A stretch of 63,076 nucleotides of DNA, filler included, from Octopus bimaculoides (Eukaryota): assembly GCF_001194135.2 (NCBI RefSeq). It is 6 parts of 6 records of this genome, joined end to end, with 100 filler letters (N's around TTAATTAATTAA, not from the genome) between each part and the next. Parts side by side here need not be neighbours in the genome. Positions count along the whole stretch, not along the records: positions 45,055 to 56,591 come from NC_068987.1; positions 56,692 to 61,523 come from NC_068981.1; positions 61,624 to 63,076 come from NW_026371701.1; 3 more parts are not named here. One strand, given 5' to 3'. This document shows, one piece after another, positions 50,473-63,076 of this stretch (the first letter of the stretch is position 1; each line of letters opens with the position of its first letter). The notes under the pieces are model-generated. The model was given only the letters and a program-made list of their open reading frames with translations. It searched no databases and was not told the DNA's origin. Position numbers and translations under genes: made by a program.

Positions 50473-52794
50473 TCTTAAATTAAAAATCACAAATCTTGAA
50501 AATAGCTACCCAGGGTTTCCTGATCGAAATAATAATTTATCGAGCNNNNNNNNNNNNNNNNNNNNNNNNNNNNNNNNNNNNNNNNNNNNNNNNNNNNNNN
50601 NNNNNNNNNNNNNNNNNNNNNNNNNNNNNNNNNNNNNNNNNNNNNNNNNNNNNNNNNNNNNNNNNNNNNNNNNNNNNNNNNNNNNNNNNNNNNNNNNNNN
50701 NNNNNNNNNNNNNNNNNNNNNNNNNNNNNNNNNNNNNNNNNNNNNNNNNNNNNNNNNNNNNNNNNNNNNNNNNNNNNNNNNNNNNNNNNNNNNNNNNNNN
50801 NNNNNNNNNNNNNNNNNNNNNNNNNNNNNNNNNNNNNNNNNNNNNNNNNNNNNNNNNNNNNNNNNNNNNNNNNNNNNNNNNNNNNNNNNNNNNNNNNNNN
50901 NNNNNNNNNNNNNNNNNNNNNNNNNNNNNNNNNNNNNNNNNNNNNNNNNNNNNNNNNNNNNNNNNNNNNNNNNNNNNNNNNNNNNNNNNNNNNNNNNNNN
51001 NNNNNNNNNNNNNNNNNNNNNNNNNNNNNNNNNNNNNNNNNNNNNNNNNNNNNNNNNNNNNNNNNNNNNNNNNNNNNNNNNNNNNNNNNNNNNNNNNNNN
51101 NNNNNNNNNNNNNNNNNNNNNNNNNNNNNNNNNNNNNNNNNNNNNNNNNNNNNNNNNNNNNNNNNNNNNNNNNNNNNNNNNNNNNNNNNNNNNNNNNNNN
51201 NNNNNNNNNNNNNNNNNNNNNNNNNNNNNNNNNNNNNNNNNNNNNNNNNNNNNNNNNNNNNNNNNNNNNNNNNNNNNNNNNNNNNNNNNNNNNNNNNNNN
51301 NNNNNNNNNNNNNNNNNNNNNNNNNNNNNNNNNNNNNNNNNNNNNNNNNNNNNNNNNNNNNNNNNNNNNNNNNNNNNNNNNNNNNNNNNNNNNNNNNNNN
51401 NNNNNNNNNNNNNNNNNNNNNNNNNNNNNNNNNNNNNNNNNNNNNNNNNNNNNNNNNNNNNNNNNNNNNNNNNNNNNNNNNNNNNNNNTATATATATGAT
51501 GTGTGTAAACATGTATGTAAACCTGCATGCATGTATGCATAATATATGTAAGTATGTAAAGACACTCGTAACATACAACCAGATGATCTGATTTTCGGTT
51601 ACTAAACCGGTAGCCTTACCAAGCTTGATTGGTACGGAGGGTAGTTTTCGTTGCATACCCTACAGAACGAAAAAACAAAACTTATCAAAGAGCGGATGAA
51701 CCCAGGAGGGTCAACGGTCATCCAACAGCTGGGAGTGTGAGACTGCTAGTCCTTGTTTAGACATTTCCCTACTAGAAGAAAAACTCTGATGTAACACCTG
51801 CGACCCCGTTTGCATCCAATGATGTAGACTAATTCCTTCCTTTTGGGGCAAATGCTTACATTTTTCAGAGAGTAGGTCTGTCATCTTGCAAGGCCTTCAC
51901 TCACTTTAAAAAGCTTCATGCACAGGCATCTCTTGATTTATAACATCTCAGGTATGTGTTGCATAATATAGCTGTCCAGAGCCGAAAAAAAGGCAAAACA
52001 CTCAATGAAAAATTCCATGATGGAATGGATGCATATGCAAGCGTGGTTGATAAACTTTCNNNNNNNNNNNNNNNNNNNNNNNNNNNNNNNNNNNNNNNNN
52101 NNNNNNNNNNNNNNNNNNNNNNNNNNNNNNNNNNNNNNNNNNNNNNNNNNNNNNNNNNNNNNNNNNNNNNNNNNNNNNNNNNNNNNNNNNNNNNNNNNNN
52201 NNNNNNNNNNNNNNNNNNNNNNNNNNNNNNNNNNNNNNNNNNNNNNNNNNNNNNNNNNNNNNNNNNNNNNNNNNNNNNNNNNNNNNNNNNNNNNNNNNAT
52301 TTCTGTATTTCTTGTCCATAGAGAAAGAGCCGGACTTTAACATAGATTCAAGGTTCCTTCATTGGAACTTTTATCAACATCATCTAGGTATTTGTGCATA
52401 TGTGTGTGTGTGTGCAGTATTTGGTGTTAGTGTATGCGCAGATTTGTATGTTTGTTTTATGGATGCGTTTTTATGTCTAGATGCATGCATATGTATTTAT
52501 GTGCTAAATTTTTGGAAAGTTTTACATATCTTTACAGTTCCATTGATGGCTTGAATCTGTAGTCTTCTAATCAGCCTTTTTCTTTCAGGTTTTGAGAACC
52601 CTAATTTTTCCAGGTTTTTGTTGAGGCAGTTTGTTACATATCCCAATGCCCCAATGTATGTATGTATGTATGTATGTATGTTTCTATGTATGTATGAGTA
52701 TGTTTCTATGTATGTAAATATTTGGATGAATGTCTGTATGCGTGTGTATGTATGTATATTTGAGTATATTTATGAATGCATGTACTTATTTGTA

Positions 52795-53704
52795 TTACAT
52801 TGGTAAGAAAGTTCTTGGACAAGTCATTGTTGCAAGCCATTGAAGCCGATCCAATGCAAACTGCACGTCAACTTGTGGTATAGCTAGGCGTCTCCCATGT
52901 CACAATCAACAACCACCTGCATCGTCTCGGCAAGGTCAGCAAGCTTGGAAAAATAGGTGCCACATGAATTGACTGAAGTGAATAAACAAGCACGTGTCAC
53001 TGCATGTCAAAGTCTACTCTGACGAAGCCGAAGATTCGATTGGTTGGAGTCAGTAATCACCATGGAGGAAAAGTGGGTACTGTACTCCAACGCGGGGCGC
53101 ACACGATCTTGGTGTAGCAAAGGTCAACAGCCAAAACCTTCGCCAAAAGGACTGCCTGTACAAAAGAAGGTTATGATCTCAGTTTGGTGGGATTGCCGTG
53201 GTGTGATCATGTTGGATCTTCTCCCACACAATACTACCGTTGACAAGGATGTCCACTGCAAACAAATCGACCGTCTAAAGATCGTGCTGGTCGAAAAACG
53301 CTCAAATTTGAAGAAGATAATTTACCACCAAGGCAACACGCCAGCACATCGTGCAAAGAAGACATCAGAGAAGCTGAAGCATGCGGGCTGGGGGATTATG
53401 GTGCACCCACTGTATTCTCCCGACCTTTTCCCTTCTGACTACCACTTATTCTCTGCATTGCAACGCGTGATTGGAGATACAGAGTTCGAAAACGAAGAAG
53501 ATGTGAAATCGTTCCTTTACGACTTTATTGATTCAAAGTCACGTGATTTCTGGATGAAATGATTCAAAATTTTGCCTGAAAGATAGCAAAAGGTGATCGA
53601 TAACGAGGGTGATTACCTTTTGGATCGATTGTTCTTTGGTGTTTTTTCTAATTGTTAATAAAGTGATATGTTAAAAGTATCCAAGAACTTTCTTACCAAA
53701 CTAA
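52795..53704 (+). mobile_element. Internally deleted mariner with both TIRs and TA flanks
   Basis: TIRs TTACATTGGTAAGAAAGTTCTTGGA and TCCAAGAACTTTCTTACCAAACTAA (23/25 match); TA on both sides; VPHELT, KKVMISVWWD and HPLYSPDLFPSDYHLF motifs. Confidence 0.9.
53044..53562 (+). pseudogene. Mariner transposase catalytic domain, inactive
   Basis: ITMEEKW (first Asp position is E), HQGNTPAH (second Asp position is G), SPDLFPSDYHLF; upstream frameshift and stops. Confidence 0.85.
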
Positions 53705-54563
53705 TATGTATATTACATTATATGTATGTATATTACATTATATAATGTATGTATATATACGTTTGCATGTGTATGAATATATGTATGTCTTTGTATAAAT
53801 ATTTGTGTGTACTGTTGTTGTTGTTGTTGTTTAGCCCCAGTTAAATTGTGAAAAAAGTTAGTCTGCAATCAAACTATTCAACCCATAACCATCGAATTTC
53901 TTTTTACTTTTCATTTCTTCAGATATAGTATGTTCCGGACCACAATATTTAATGTATTATATATTAAAGATGCCATGGTGTAGTCTCATGGAAATTTTAC
54001 TACTATTTCTAGCAGGCGGCGTAACGTCGATAGAGGTTCTCTTATTCACTGGTAGCAGATGCTTTTGTTGCTATTATTGCTGTCATATCTATAATTATTA
54101 ATTGGTTTGCACGTTTGAGCGGTGTTTGTATGTGTGTGTATGGTATGCGGGTTTATGCATGATTTATGTATCGTGTGTGCTATAAAATTAGTGGAAGCTG
54201 CCTTAAAATAAGATCTATAATTCGATAACTTTGATTGCATGTTCATCCATACTTAAATTGGCATATTGCCCAACGATTTTAATGCTGATGCTCCGGTACC
54301 GTATTGTAAATAGTCTTGTTTTATTAAAATGAATCACATGAAAACGAATCATGGCAAGTATCCCTTTCGAAGAGTTATCGATCATTAAAATTCAGATTTA
54401 CGGCAGGAATAGAGAAATACTATAATACATTTTGCGAATAATGTTTCCTCCGTACATCTAGTTTATTACAGAAAGGTAATATTTAACCGCACTTAAACGT
54501 AGATGTTCTATTAGAACAAACTATACATATTAGACTTTTGGTACAAAATGCACTCTTGTTTAA

Positions 54564-54701
54564 ATCGCTAGCGGGGAGATAAATCCCTGCTACCTCCAGC
54601 GCCGAGTTTACCAGATCTCGTGATTTCCACCTTGTTTGGTCTTATCAATGATGGAAACTCGACTGCTAGAGGCAGCAGTGTCTCATCTCCCCGCCAGCGA
54701 T
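54564..54701. other. 138-bp GC-rich fold-back with 50-bp arms and 38-nt loop
   Basis: 54564-54613 versus the reverse complement of 54652-54701: 8 substitutions and 2 single-base indels. Confidence 0.8.
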
Positions 54702-54761
54702 ATATAGACTGACAGTGCCTGAACAGGCGGGGGTGGTGAGATTAGGTAGTTAGTTTGTTAA

Positions 54762-54803
<42 letters not shown>

Positions 54804-54860
54804 NNNNNNNNNNNNNNNNNNNNNNNNNNNNNNNNNNNNNNNNNNNNNNNNNNNNNNNNN

Positions 54861-55030
54861 CAGAGAGAGAGGGGGGCAGAGAGAGGCACAGAGAGAGAGG
54901 CAGAGTGAGAGAGGCAGAGTGAGAGAGGCAGAGTGAGAGAGGCAGAGAGAGAGAGAAAGGCACAGAGAGAGAGAGAAAGGCACAGAGAGAGAGAGAAAGG
55001 CACAGAGAGAGAGAGAAAGGCAGAGAGAGA
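54861..55030. repeat. GA-derived minisatellite with 14-bp and 20-bp units
   Basis: GAGGCAGAGTGAGA x3, then GGCACAGAGAGAGAGAGAAA x3. Confidence 0.85.
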
Positions 55031-55143
55031 TAGAGAGGCGCTATCAATACTGTGAGGTAATATTCATCCCCACTTAAACTGCAGTAGTTTATTACATACA
55101 TAGAAACGAAGCAGGCTAGTGCAATATATGTATGCGTGCGCAG

Positions 55144-55181
<38 letters not shown>

Positions 55182-56528
55182 TGCCCAGGAAGCCACAGGG
55201 AGATATGTAAATTTTGTAAGCTTGTCATACCGGGCGTTACATCGGATGTCAATGGTCAAGATTGATGGGAAAGATAACAGGGGAGTGCAATACTTTGAAC
55301 ATTTATAGTCTACAAGTTTATATTTCTTGCAAATATAAAATGTGTTTTCTTTTTTTGTTTTTTTTTTTCTTCTATTTAAGAGCAGTGTGTGGAATGAAAG
55401 GGCAAGTAATTGTAATGAGTTTGCAAGAAAACATTATGTGAGTTGTCATCCAGTTTGACTTCAAGAAACACAAAAACACACAGAAACTGCTAATACCAAC
55501 AGAAAATGCTTAAAACAGAAGCATTTTCAAATCATCTGAGTATAAACTTCAACAGACATTTCTGGCCTTATCAGATAAATAAATATGAATTGAGAAATTA
55601 CAATATTAGCTCTCTCTCTCTCTCTCTTGTTTTCTCTCTCATTCACTCACTTTCTCTCACTCTCTCTCACTTTCTTTCTGTCTTTCTTTCTCTCTCTTTC
55701 TTTCTCCCTCTTCCCCTCCTTCTTTCTCTTTCTTTCTCTCTCTTTCCCTTCCCCTCTCTCTCTTTCTCTCCTTCCTCCCTCTTTATATATATCTCTCTCT
55801 TTCTTTCCCTCCCCCCTCTCTCTCTCATTATGAAACTTTTTCTTTGTTTATTTTTTTCCTTTCTCTACTTGATTTAGAATGAACTCAATAAACAGAAAAA
55901 ATAAAAATATACAACTTTCAAATAATGTAATGAAATTACTATTTGCTACTCTTTACTGTTGAGCAACAAAGACGCAGAAAGAGTCTGTTTATACGTAGAG
56001 TCATGGTGGAAAATGAAATATTTAATTGATTGAAATTTAATTATATGGCCATAACTTATGAAAAATACTGTATTTTCTTTCATCTATTTACACAAAAGTA
56101 CTCAGTACACTTAATCAACAAACCACACTTAAAAGAAATAAACAATGTGGCAACCATCATGATGGGAAAACTTCGAACGCATAACGATGGCCAAGGTGTG
56201 TGTGGAATAAAGAAACAAATCGTTGTTATGAACCTACACGAGAATACCACGTACGCACGTATACAGCGCGGATTTTTAGAGACACAGATCTCACACAAAA
56301 ATGGCAAGAGATGAGATTGGAAACGGAATTACTTCCATGCTACCTAAATATAAATCTTTCGGTCGATGAAATATTTAAGACTGTCATCACTCTAAAGAAA
56401 ACAATTTAGCCATAAGCATTAACTGATAAACAGATATCCCTTTGTGACGTGAGATTGCTAAGAAAATAAGTGCGTATTCGTGTATGCGTGTGATTATATT
56501 CAGGTCATTATTATTACTGTATAACATA

Positions 56529-56591
<63 letters not shown>

Positions 56592-59014
56592 NNNNNNNNN
56601 NNNNNNNNNNNNNNNNNNNNNNNNNNNNNNNNNNNTTAATTAATTAANNNNNNNNNNNNNNNNNNNNNNNNNNNNNNNNNNNNNNNNNNNNGAACATGAA
56701 TTTATAACATTATAGGTTTCTCTTGGCAAATATTAATTATAGCCTGAAAGGCAATCTGATAATCGAACACTTTTATGGGCAGCAGTTTAGGAATGTTCTT
56801 GCAATTTATGTTTGGTAAGTGGTTGATTACATTATAGAAATATTTGCGCGACATTAGTAGACCGTATACCTGGAAAACTTTAAGGTAAATAACACCTTTT
56901 ATTATAGACATTATATTCTTCCCTGCATGTGTTATTTACATTATTCCCTGGGGTAATCCTGAATTTAATTATTGTAACCTGAGATGTATATAATTATAAT
57001 ATACGACTAAATCAAACGACATACAATTACTTTAACACAAATACAAAATTAAATGTAGAAAAATTGATTAAGCCCAATAATTTAACGATATATTGAAGAG
57101 GTATATCAAAGAAGCTCTTCTATAAAAAAATCAATTAGTTTTCATATAAGCAACGCTTTTACAAGAAATTGCTATCAGGGTCTAAAATAATGTTGGTAAT
57201 TTTCATTCCTGTATTGCAAACCAAAAACTTGAAATAAAAAATGTGATCGCAAGCTTTTATTTACGTTAGAGAAACTAGATAACGGCAGTCATTTGGTATA
57301 ATACCACAGGCAAGATAGTTTTGAATATTGCATTTTTAAATAACTATGAAATAAGATGTATGAAATTACTTTGATATAATTCATATTTTATAACAAGTAT
57401 ATTTTGGCTCCACTTCTTTCAATTCTAACCTACAATAATTATTTCATTATATATCGATAAACTTGTTACACTGAATATGATTGAAGTGAGAACGTGATTC
57501 TGTCCTCCATCTACGCATATCTCAAATTGTTCATGTTAGATTATTACTCACGTTAATTAAAATCCTCTATATTATTGCTCAACTAGCTACAAAAAAAAAA
57601 CACGTAAAAATCTTTCATAAAGATCACACTGTAGTTTACAAAAGAAGTTATACAGGATAAAGTGGATAATTCTAAAAAAATGTTGGATGAGCATGATCGA
57701 AAAAAGTTGTATCATACCTATGGCCAAATAGGCCGAATTTGGCTAAACAAGACAAAAAAAGATAAATAAATATACAATTTCAGCATCTTTATACAATCAA
57801 TGACAAACACGCATGTAATGAATAATGATGAAAATAAGGCAAGATTATTTTTATGGAGTGTATTAAAGGCGTACATATTTTACTTTATGGAATGTTCTGC
57901 AATGTCAGTTTTGCTTTGGATTGTTTTCTGTATGCTCGATTGTTGATTTCACTAGGCTTACAACACAAGCGCAGATGGATATCAGTAATGCTTGTTTACA
58001 ACATTTGTGAGTCAACAAAAACATAAAAAAATTATGAGAAGTGTGATCCATTGGTGAGGATGGCCCTGCATATGTACTTCCATACACGTACATATGCACA
58101 CTTGCATACACACGCATATATTTATATGAATTTATGTATGTGAACGTATCACTGTATCTTCTCCCCTCTCTATCTATTTATCTCTCTCTATATATACATT
58201 CACAAACATACACAAGCAGAATATCCGAAATGTCAATAGGAAGTCTCTGCATTGGCGTATATTCAACATTAATGTAAAGTCTGCGTACTTCTTAATCCTT
58301 TGTATTCGTGTTAATAAAACTATATTCACATTCGCGGCATCCTGAAATGATGCAGAATTAAATACAGTTAAATACGTATTTCAAATATGTGTACAGCTTT
58401 TTAAAGCACAATGCTAGTGTACGGCACGTTTTGTTGTTTGCTGACTGATGGATTCTCACCTAGACCAGTATTGAAATATTATCGTTGTTGTGTGTGGAGA
58501 TAAATTCTTATCAAAAGTTATTTATCATATAAATAATACATGACTTTTAAGAGAAATATCTCCAATCCTTTCAATACTGTTGACAGAGTTAATATTTTAC
58601 CTTCAACGAATATTTATTTTATTGATTGTGCGCCTTATGCGATTCCGATTTAATATTTTCAATGAATGCATGATGAAATAATGGCAACATCTCAATTGAA
58701 ATTGCCTGTTTGTTTGTTCGATGCGTCTGATAGCTTACGATGAAATTAATATCCCAAAGAATTTGTGATATTTTCCTTTTTGCATGCGTATGCTTTGTTG
58801 GCAATTATATGTTATCTACAACGAGTAAGCATATGCATAAATATGTGTGTTTGCATATGTATATATATGTATGTGTATGTATGCATATGTATGCATATGC
58901 ATGTTTGCATATGCATATATGTATATGTATACATGTATATGTATGTATGTGTGTTTATATATTATGACACTAATATATACATTTATGCATATATTTATAG
59001 GCACATATATAAAA

Positions 59015-59056
<42 letters not shown>

Positions 59057-61128
59057 ATGTTTGTTTCTATGCATGTTTGCGCGCGTGTGTGTATATGTGT
59101 ATGCGCGCGCGGTATATACAGAACATAAATGGTCACCGTTTAAAAATTGGATTGTGAATAAACAGATGATTCAAGAAATTGTTTACAAATCTGAATAAAG
59201 CATATTATTGATATTTCGAATTTGATTTCTCGGCGAAAATTGGGAATACAAATCAGTGGATCACATAAAATTCAAAATATTTAACTGATTTTGCAAATCA
59301 TGCATATCAATTATTATAAAATGAATTTTGAAACACGAAGCTATGTATGCATTTAGTATAAAATAGTATTATTCTGCATTTTACGGAGATTCATTTTGAT
59401 AACTTTTATAACAAGACGCACAGTTCCGTGGGAAAAATTGCGATAACTTGTCAAAAGTGAATAATTTGGTATTGTTTTTGCTATTGATGTAACGATCAAT
59501 CCAAGAAAAATGTTTCCTGAAAAATTATTGAAATATTATTTGTTTCAGCACCGATGGCAGTTTTCGGTTTTATTGAAATCGTAATGCAATATATTCAATG
59601 TCATAAAACGATTTTATAAATTATCCATTTCTCGTTTTGTAGCAGATCAACTGATTATCATATTAAATGGGCTAGTATTTAAATGTAGTTAAGGTTCAGC
59701 TGATGGTTATGAATCTATTATACTAAATATTTGTCTTCTTACTAGAGGTCATTTTTGAATAAACACCAACTTAACTATTACAGTCTTGAACCACTCCGTA
59801 ATATTATTCACGTTAATGAATCCATACATGTATAAGTTCTATAATACATAATTTGATAGGTTATTTTTGAGGTGATTGTAACTATCTCGAAACCCAGAAA
59901 GCCCAAGCATATTTCTGTATTGTATCAGGATTATGTAGAAATCTTCAACACTGAAATACTGATTAATCTGTCAAAGTTTGTGGCAAAGAGTTGCAGAATT
60001 TTTAGGAATATATTAAATTTTTTAAACTTAGCACAGTTTCATAAACCCTGAGACTATATCAATGGAACATGCATTGTTTATATGTGTTATACGTACAACT
60101 TCANNNNNNNNNNNNNNNNNNNNNNNNNNNNNNNNNNNNNNNNNNNNNNNNNNNNNNNNNNNNNNNNNNNNNNNNNNNNNNNNNNNNNNNNNNNNNNNNN
60201 NNNNNNNNNNNNNNNNNNNNNNNNNNNNNNNNNNNNNNNNNNNNNNNNNNNNNNNNNNNNNNNNNNNNNNNNNNNNNNNNNNCATATCAGCATCATGCTT
60301 CTATGTATGAGGTTCTTATTGTGCAAGCTTGTGTGTGAATATCATGTTTGTGTTGTTTATTTACTGTACATTACGACGTTGGGAAAACAGAGCATTCGTT
60401 GAAACTGCTTGGAGATATGTTTCTCACGACATAGCTTTCAAAGAAGAGAAACAATAACGTATCTCTATCCACATTGCCAATTTTAGGTTTTGTTCTTTGT
60501 GTTACATCCTGAACATTCTTATTATATACATGTATAATAGGTGTATTTTTATGAGTTCCTCTCATTTTATCAGTAAACGCTTTTTCTTATTTTGGCTGAA
60601 TCGAATTATTTCGTCTTGTAAAATCAGGTTCTCTGACGCTATTTAATTCTTTATGTATTTGTGATAAACTAATGCAGTTTATATTCCTTGATTTTTTTTA
60701 GTTTTGTATGAACACATCCTGAATGAAAAATAGAATGTTACGAAAACGACGGTAATATTGTAGAACGTAGAACTGTAGACGGTATAACTGTAANNNNNNN
60801 NNNCCCAGGTCAGACATTGTACATGACTATGTGATTGCTTTTCGTTTTGGTCTAAATCACCATCTTGCAGCATGTTAGAACAAACTGTCTCTGGGTCAAA
60901 TCTACTGCATATGTCCTGCATGCTTGTCATAATATTATGTAGCGTTATGCCCATCATTTGCAGAGAAAGATTTGTAGATGAGTTTCCCATGATAGATTTC
61001 TGATAGAGTCATCCAATCAGCATTAGCGAGATTCAGGCTCGAATTCGATGGCTTCTACTAACCTGCAGATCTGTGAATGTCTGCGTGCATACATGCATAA
61101 TACATACATACATACATGCGTACATATA

Positions 61129-61162
<34 letters not shown>

Positions 61163-61242
61163 TATAAATGTAAGTAGTTTAGTTGTAAGTAGTTTTTTCA
61201 CTTTATATTTTCTGACGCGACTCTATCTCTTTCTCTATCACG

Positions 61243-61380
61243 TTTTCCCCCTCTCGTTCTTCCTCTGTTACTACTACGTATCTCTCTTTACTCCTCTCGT
61301 TCTTCCTTCTGTTACTACTATATCTCTATATTTCCCCTCTCGTTCTTCCTCCTGTTACTACTATATTTCTCTCTTCCTCT
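61243..61380. repeat. About 44-bp pyrimidine-rich minisatellite, 3 copies
   Basis: CCTCTCGTTCTTCC(T/C)CTGTTACTACTA recurs at about 44-bp spacing. Confidence 0.8.
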
Positions 61381-63076
61381 CTTTCTCTCGTTGCTCACCT
61401 ATTCTTCTACTTCTTCCCCTTGTTTCTCCCTCTACCACTCTCTCTCTCTCTTCCTTACCCCTCCCTTGTCACATGCTTCCGGTCACTAATCCTTTTCTTC
61501 CTTGGCTATCGCCGAGCAAACACNNNNNNNNNNNNNNNNNNNNNNNNNNNNNNNNNNNNNNNNNNNNTTAATTAATTAANNNNNNNNNNNNNNNNNNNNN
61601 NNNNNNNNNNNNNNNNNNNNNNNTAAATTGTAAAATTAATCCTCCTATAATTTGGAAAGTTCATTTTTTTATCTTTTGTTGAAATATTAAGTGAAATATA
61701 ATTTTTTTATAAAAAATTGGTATGTTTTTCTGAACATATATAAGACTTCGGTATGTAATGTATATATATATATTCTAGTTATGTATCAAAATCTCCCTGC
61801 AATTATAAGTAGGAATCCAGTAAAATACATGAATTCAACTGAAAATTCAACAGAATTTTCTATTTTCTTTTTCACATTTCTTTCACATTGTGTTACCAAG
61901 TGATAAGCAACAGATTTTAACCACTATGCATAATTTCTTTTTTATTTCTTTCCGCTGTCCTAGATCATTATGTTTGGTCTGTTATACTAACTTGCGAACA
62001 CCTTCCTGCTGTCTTCACATTTACGTTCCATAGGTATTTTTATATAAGCAGTGCTTATCAGTGATTATGCCCTCCGCCATCACTGTAGCTTTCATATTTG
62101 TGCTTGAGATTATCCTTTCTACATTGTTCAAAGTTTTAGTCACGACATTTATGTCTTGTAGATAACATAAGGATGACATTTTCAGACATCTTTCTAGATT
62201 TAAGTCGCTTATTCAGAGTTAATTCCATAGAGTTTTCATTGGTTATCGCAACTGGGTGGTTTATCTGCACTACTGTTCCTTTTGCGCATTAGGTAGTTTA
62301 ATGTTATTTCTTGAGATGTGCCTTTGAAAGACTGTTTCAGTCACTGTTAAGCGTCTATTACGTTGTTTTGTTTTGTTGTATTTATTTCTTCTAAGTTGAT
62401 AAGATTTATAACACTGTTGACCAGGAAATTTCTCTGTTTCGATAGATTTCGGATTTTGAAAGCAATAGACTGTCTTATCTAGCTTGCACCCGAGAATCCC
62501 AAATGATGCTATGATTACAGTCACAACAAACGCATTGTGAAATACTTGTGTTCATGAATTAGTATACGTTGATCTCTACAAGCAAAGGGAAATATACTAA
62601 ATGTATAATGTTGTTTGGTTTGTATGCTTTATTAGCTTTTTTGAATAATTACTAATTACTCTCAATTTCCCGTTGCCTAAGCGTCAAACAATTGTGCATA
62701 TATACCTGTGTCTATATGTGTACACACGGTCATTCATACACGCCTACGTATCTGTATGTATGTATGTACGTTTGCATGTATGCTTGTATGCATGCATGTG
62801 TTTGCATGCATGCATATATGTGTGTTCGNNNNNNNNNNNNNNNNNNNNNNNNNNNNNNNNNNNNNACATACATACATACATACATACATACATACATACA
62901 TACATGCATGCATTACAAGTGATTCGTACATTACAAGCGCAATCTGTGAGTGGAATATTAAAAATATGCAAGACTTTTCTCAAGCTCGAAATGTGAATTT
63001 GTTTGTATTAACTACATCCCAACGAAGGAGCCTTGTATCTTTGTTGGAAACCGGCTCCCTCTTCAGTGGAAGATTT

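Noticed and set aside
51590-51830. Possible RTE-type LINE 5' UTR
   Set aside because: The resemblance is vague (GAAGAAAAACTCTGAT..AACACC); no ORF or ribozyme fold could be established.
60679-61066. Minus-strand ORF MGNSSTNLSLQ... and neighbouring coding-looking sequence
   Set aside because: In-frame stop just upstream, interrupted by a gap, and no identifiable domain.
24698-61623. TTAATTAATTAA embedded in N-runs at 24742, 38444, 44999, 56636 and 61568
   Set aside because: Each is exactly 44 N + 12 bp + 44 N = 100 bp and the 12-mer has stops in all six frames: an artificial scaffold-join spacer, not biology. Contiguity across these joins is uncertain.
63027-63066. Minus-strand CTGAAGA followed by a GGAGCC/GGCTCC stem
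   Set aside because: No GAAA or NUH follows the stem, so it is not a supportable hammerhead; it also lies at the window edge.

Overview
Repeat-dominated, AT-rich eukaryotic DNA from a gapped short-read assembly. The very high microsatellite density and the tRNA-derived SINE families suggest a cephalopod, probably Octopus (inference, not a database result). No host protein-coding gene, rRNA, true tRNA or CRISPR array can be supported; almost all listed ORFs are translations of microsatellites or N-runs. Recognisable content: a retroelement cluster at about 24.8-37.1 kb (a Tx1/L1-like LINE, two CsRn1-clade Ty3/Gypsy relics, three different Penelope-like elements), three R4/Dong-like LINE ends next to (AAT)n arrays, an RTE LINE end, four mariner relics, several MITE-like inverted-repeat elements and about 18 SINE copies from four families. 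The most interesting unannotated signals are a set of differently built minimal hammerhead-ribozyme motifs (one with an intact core at 46773-46818, part of a divergent inverted pair split by a Dong-like insertion), a 50-bp-arm hairpin whose six transition mismatches all have the same strand polarity (54564-54701), a 173-bp-arm mariner fold-back, and a circularly permuted 404-bp repeat. All motif calls were made by eye and need computational confirmation.
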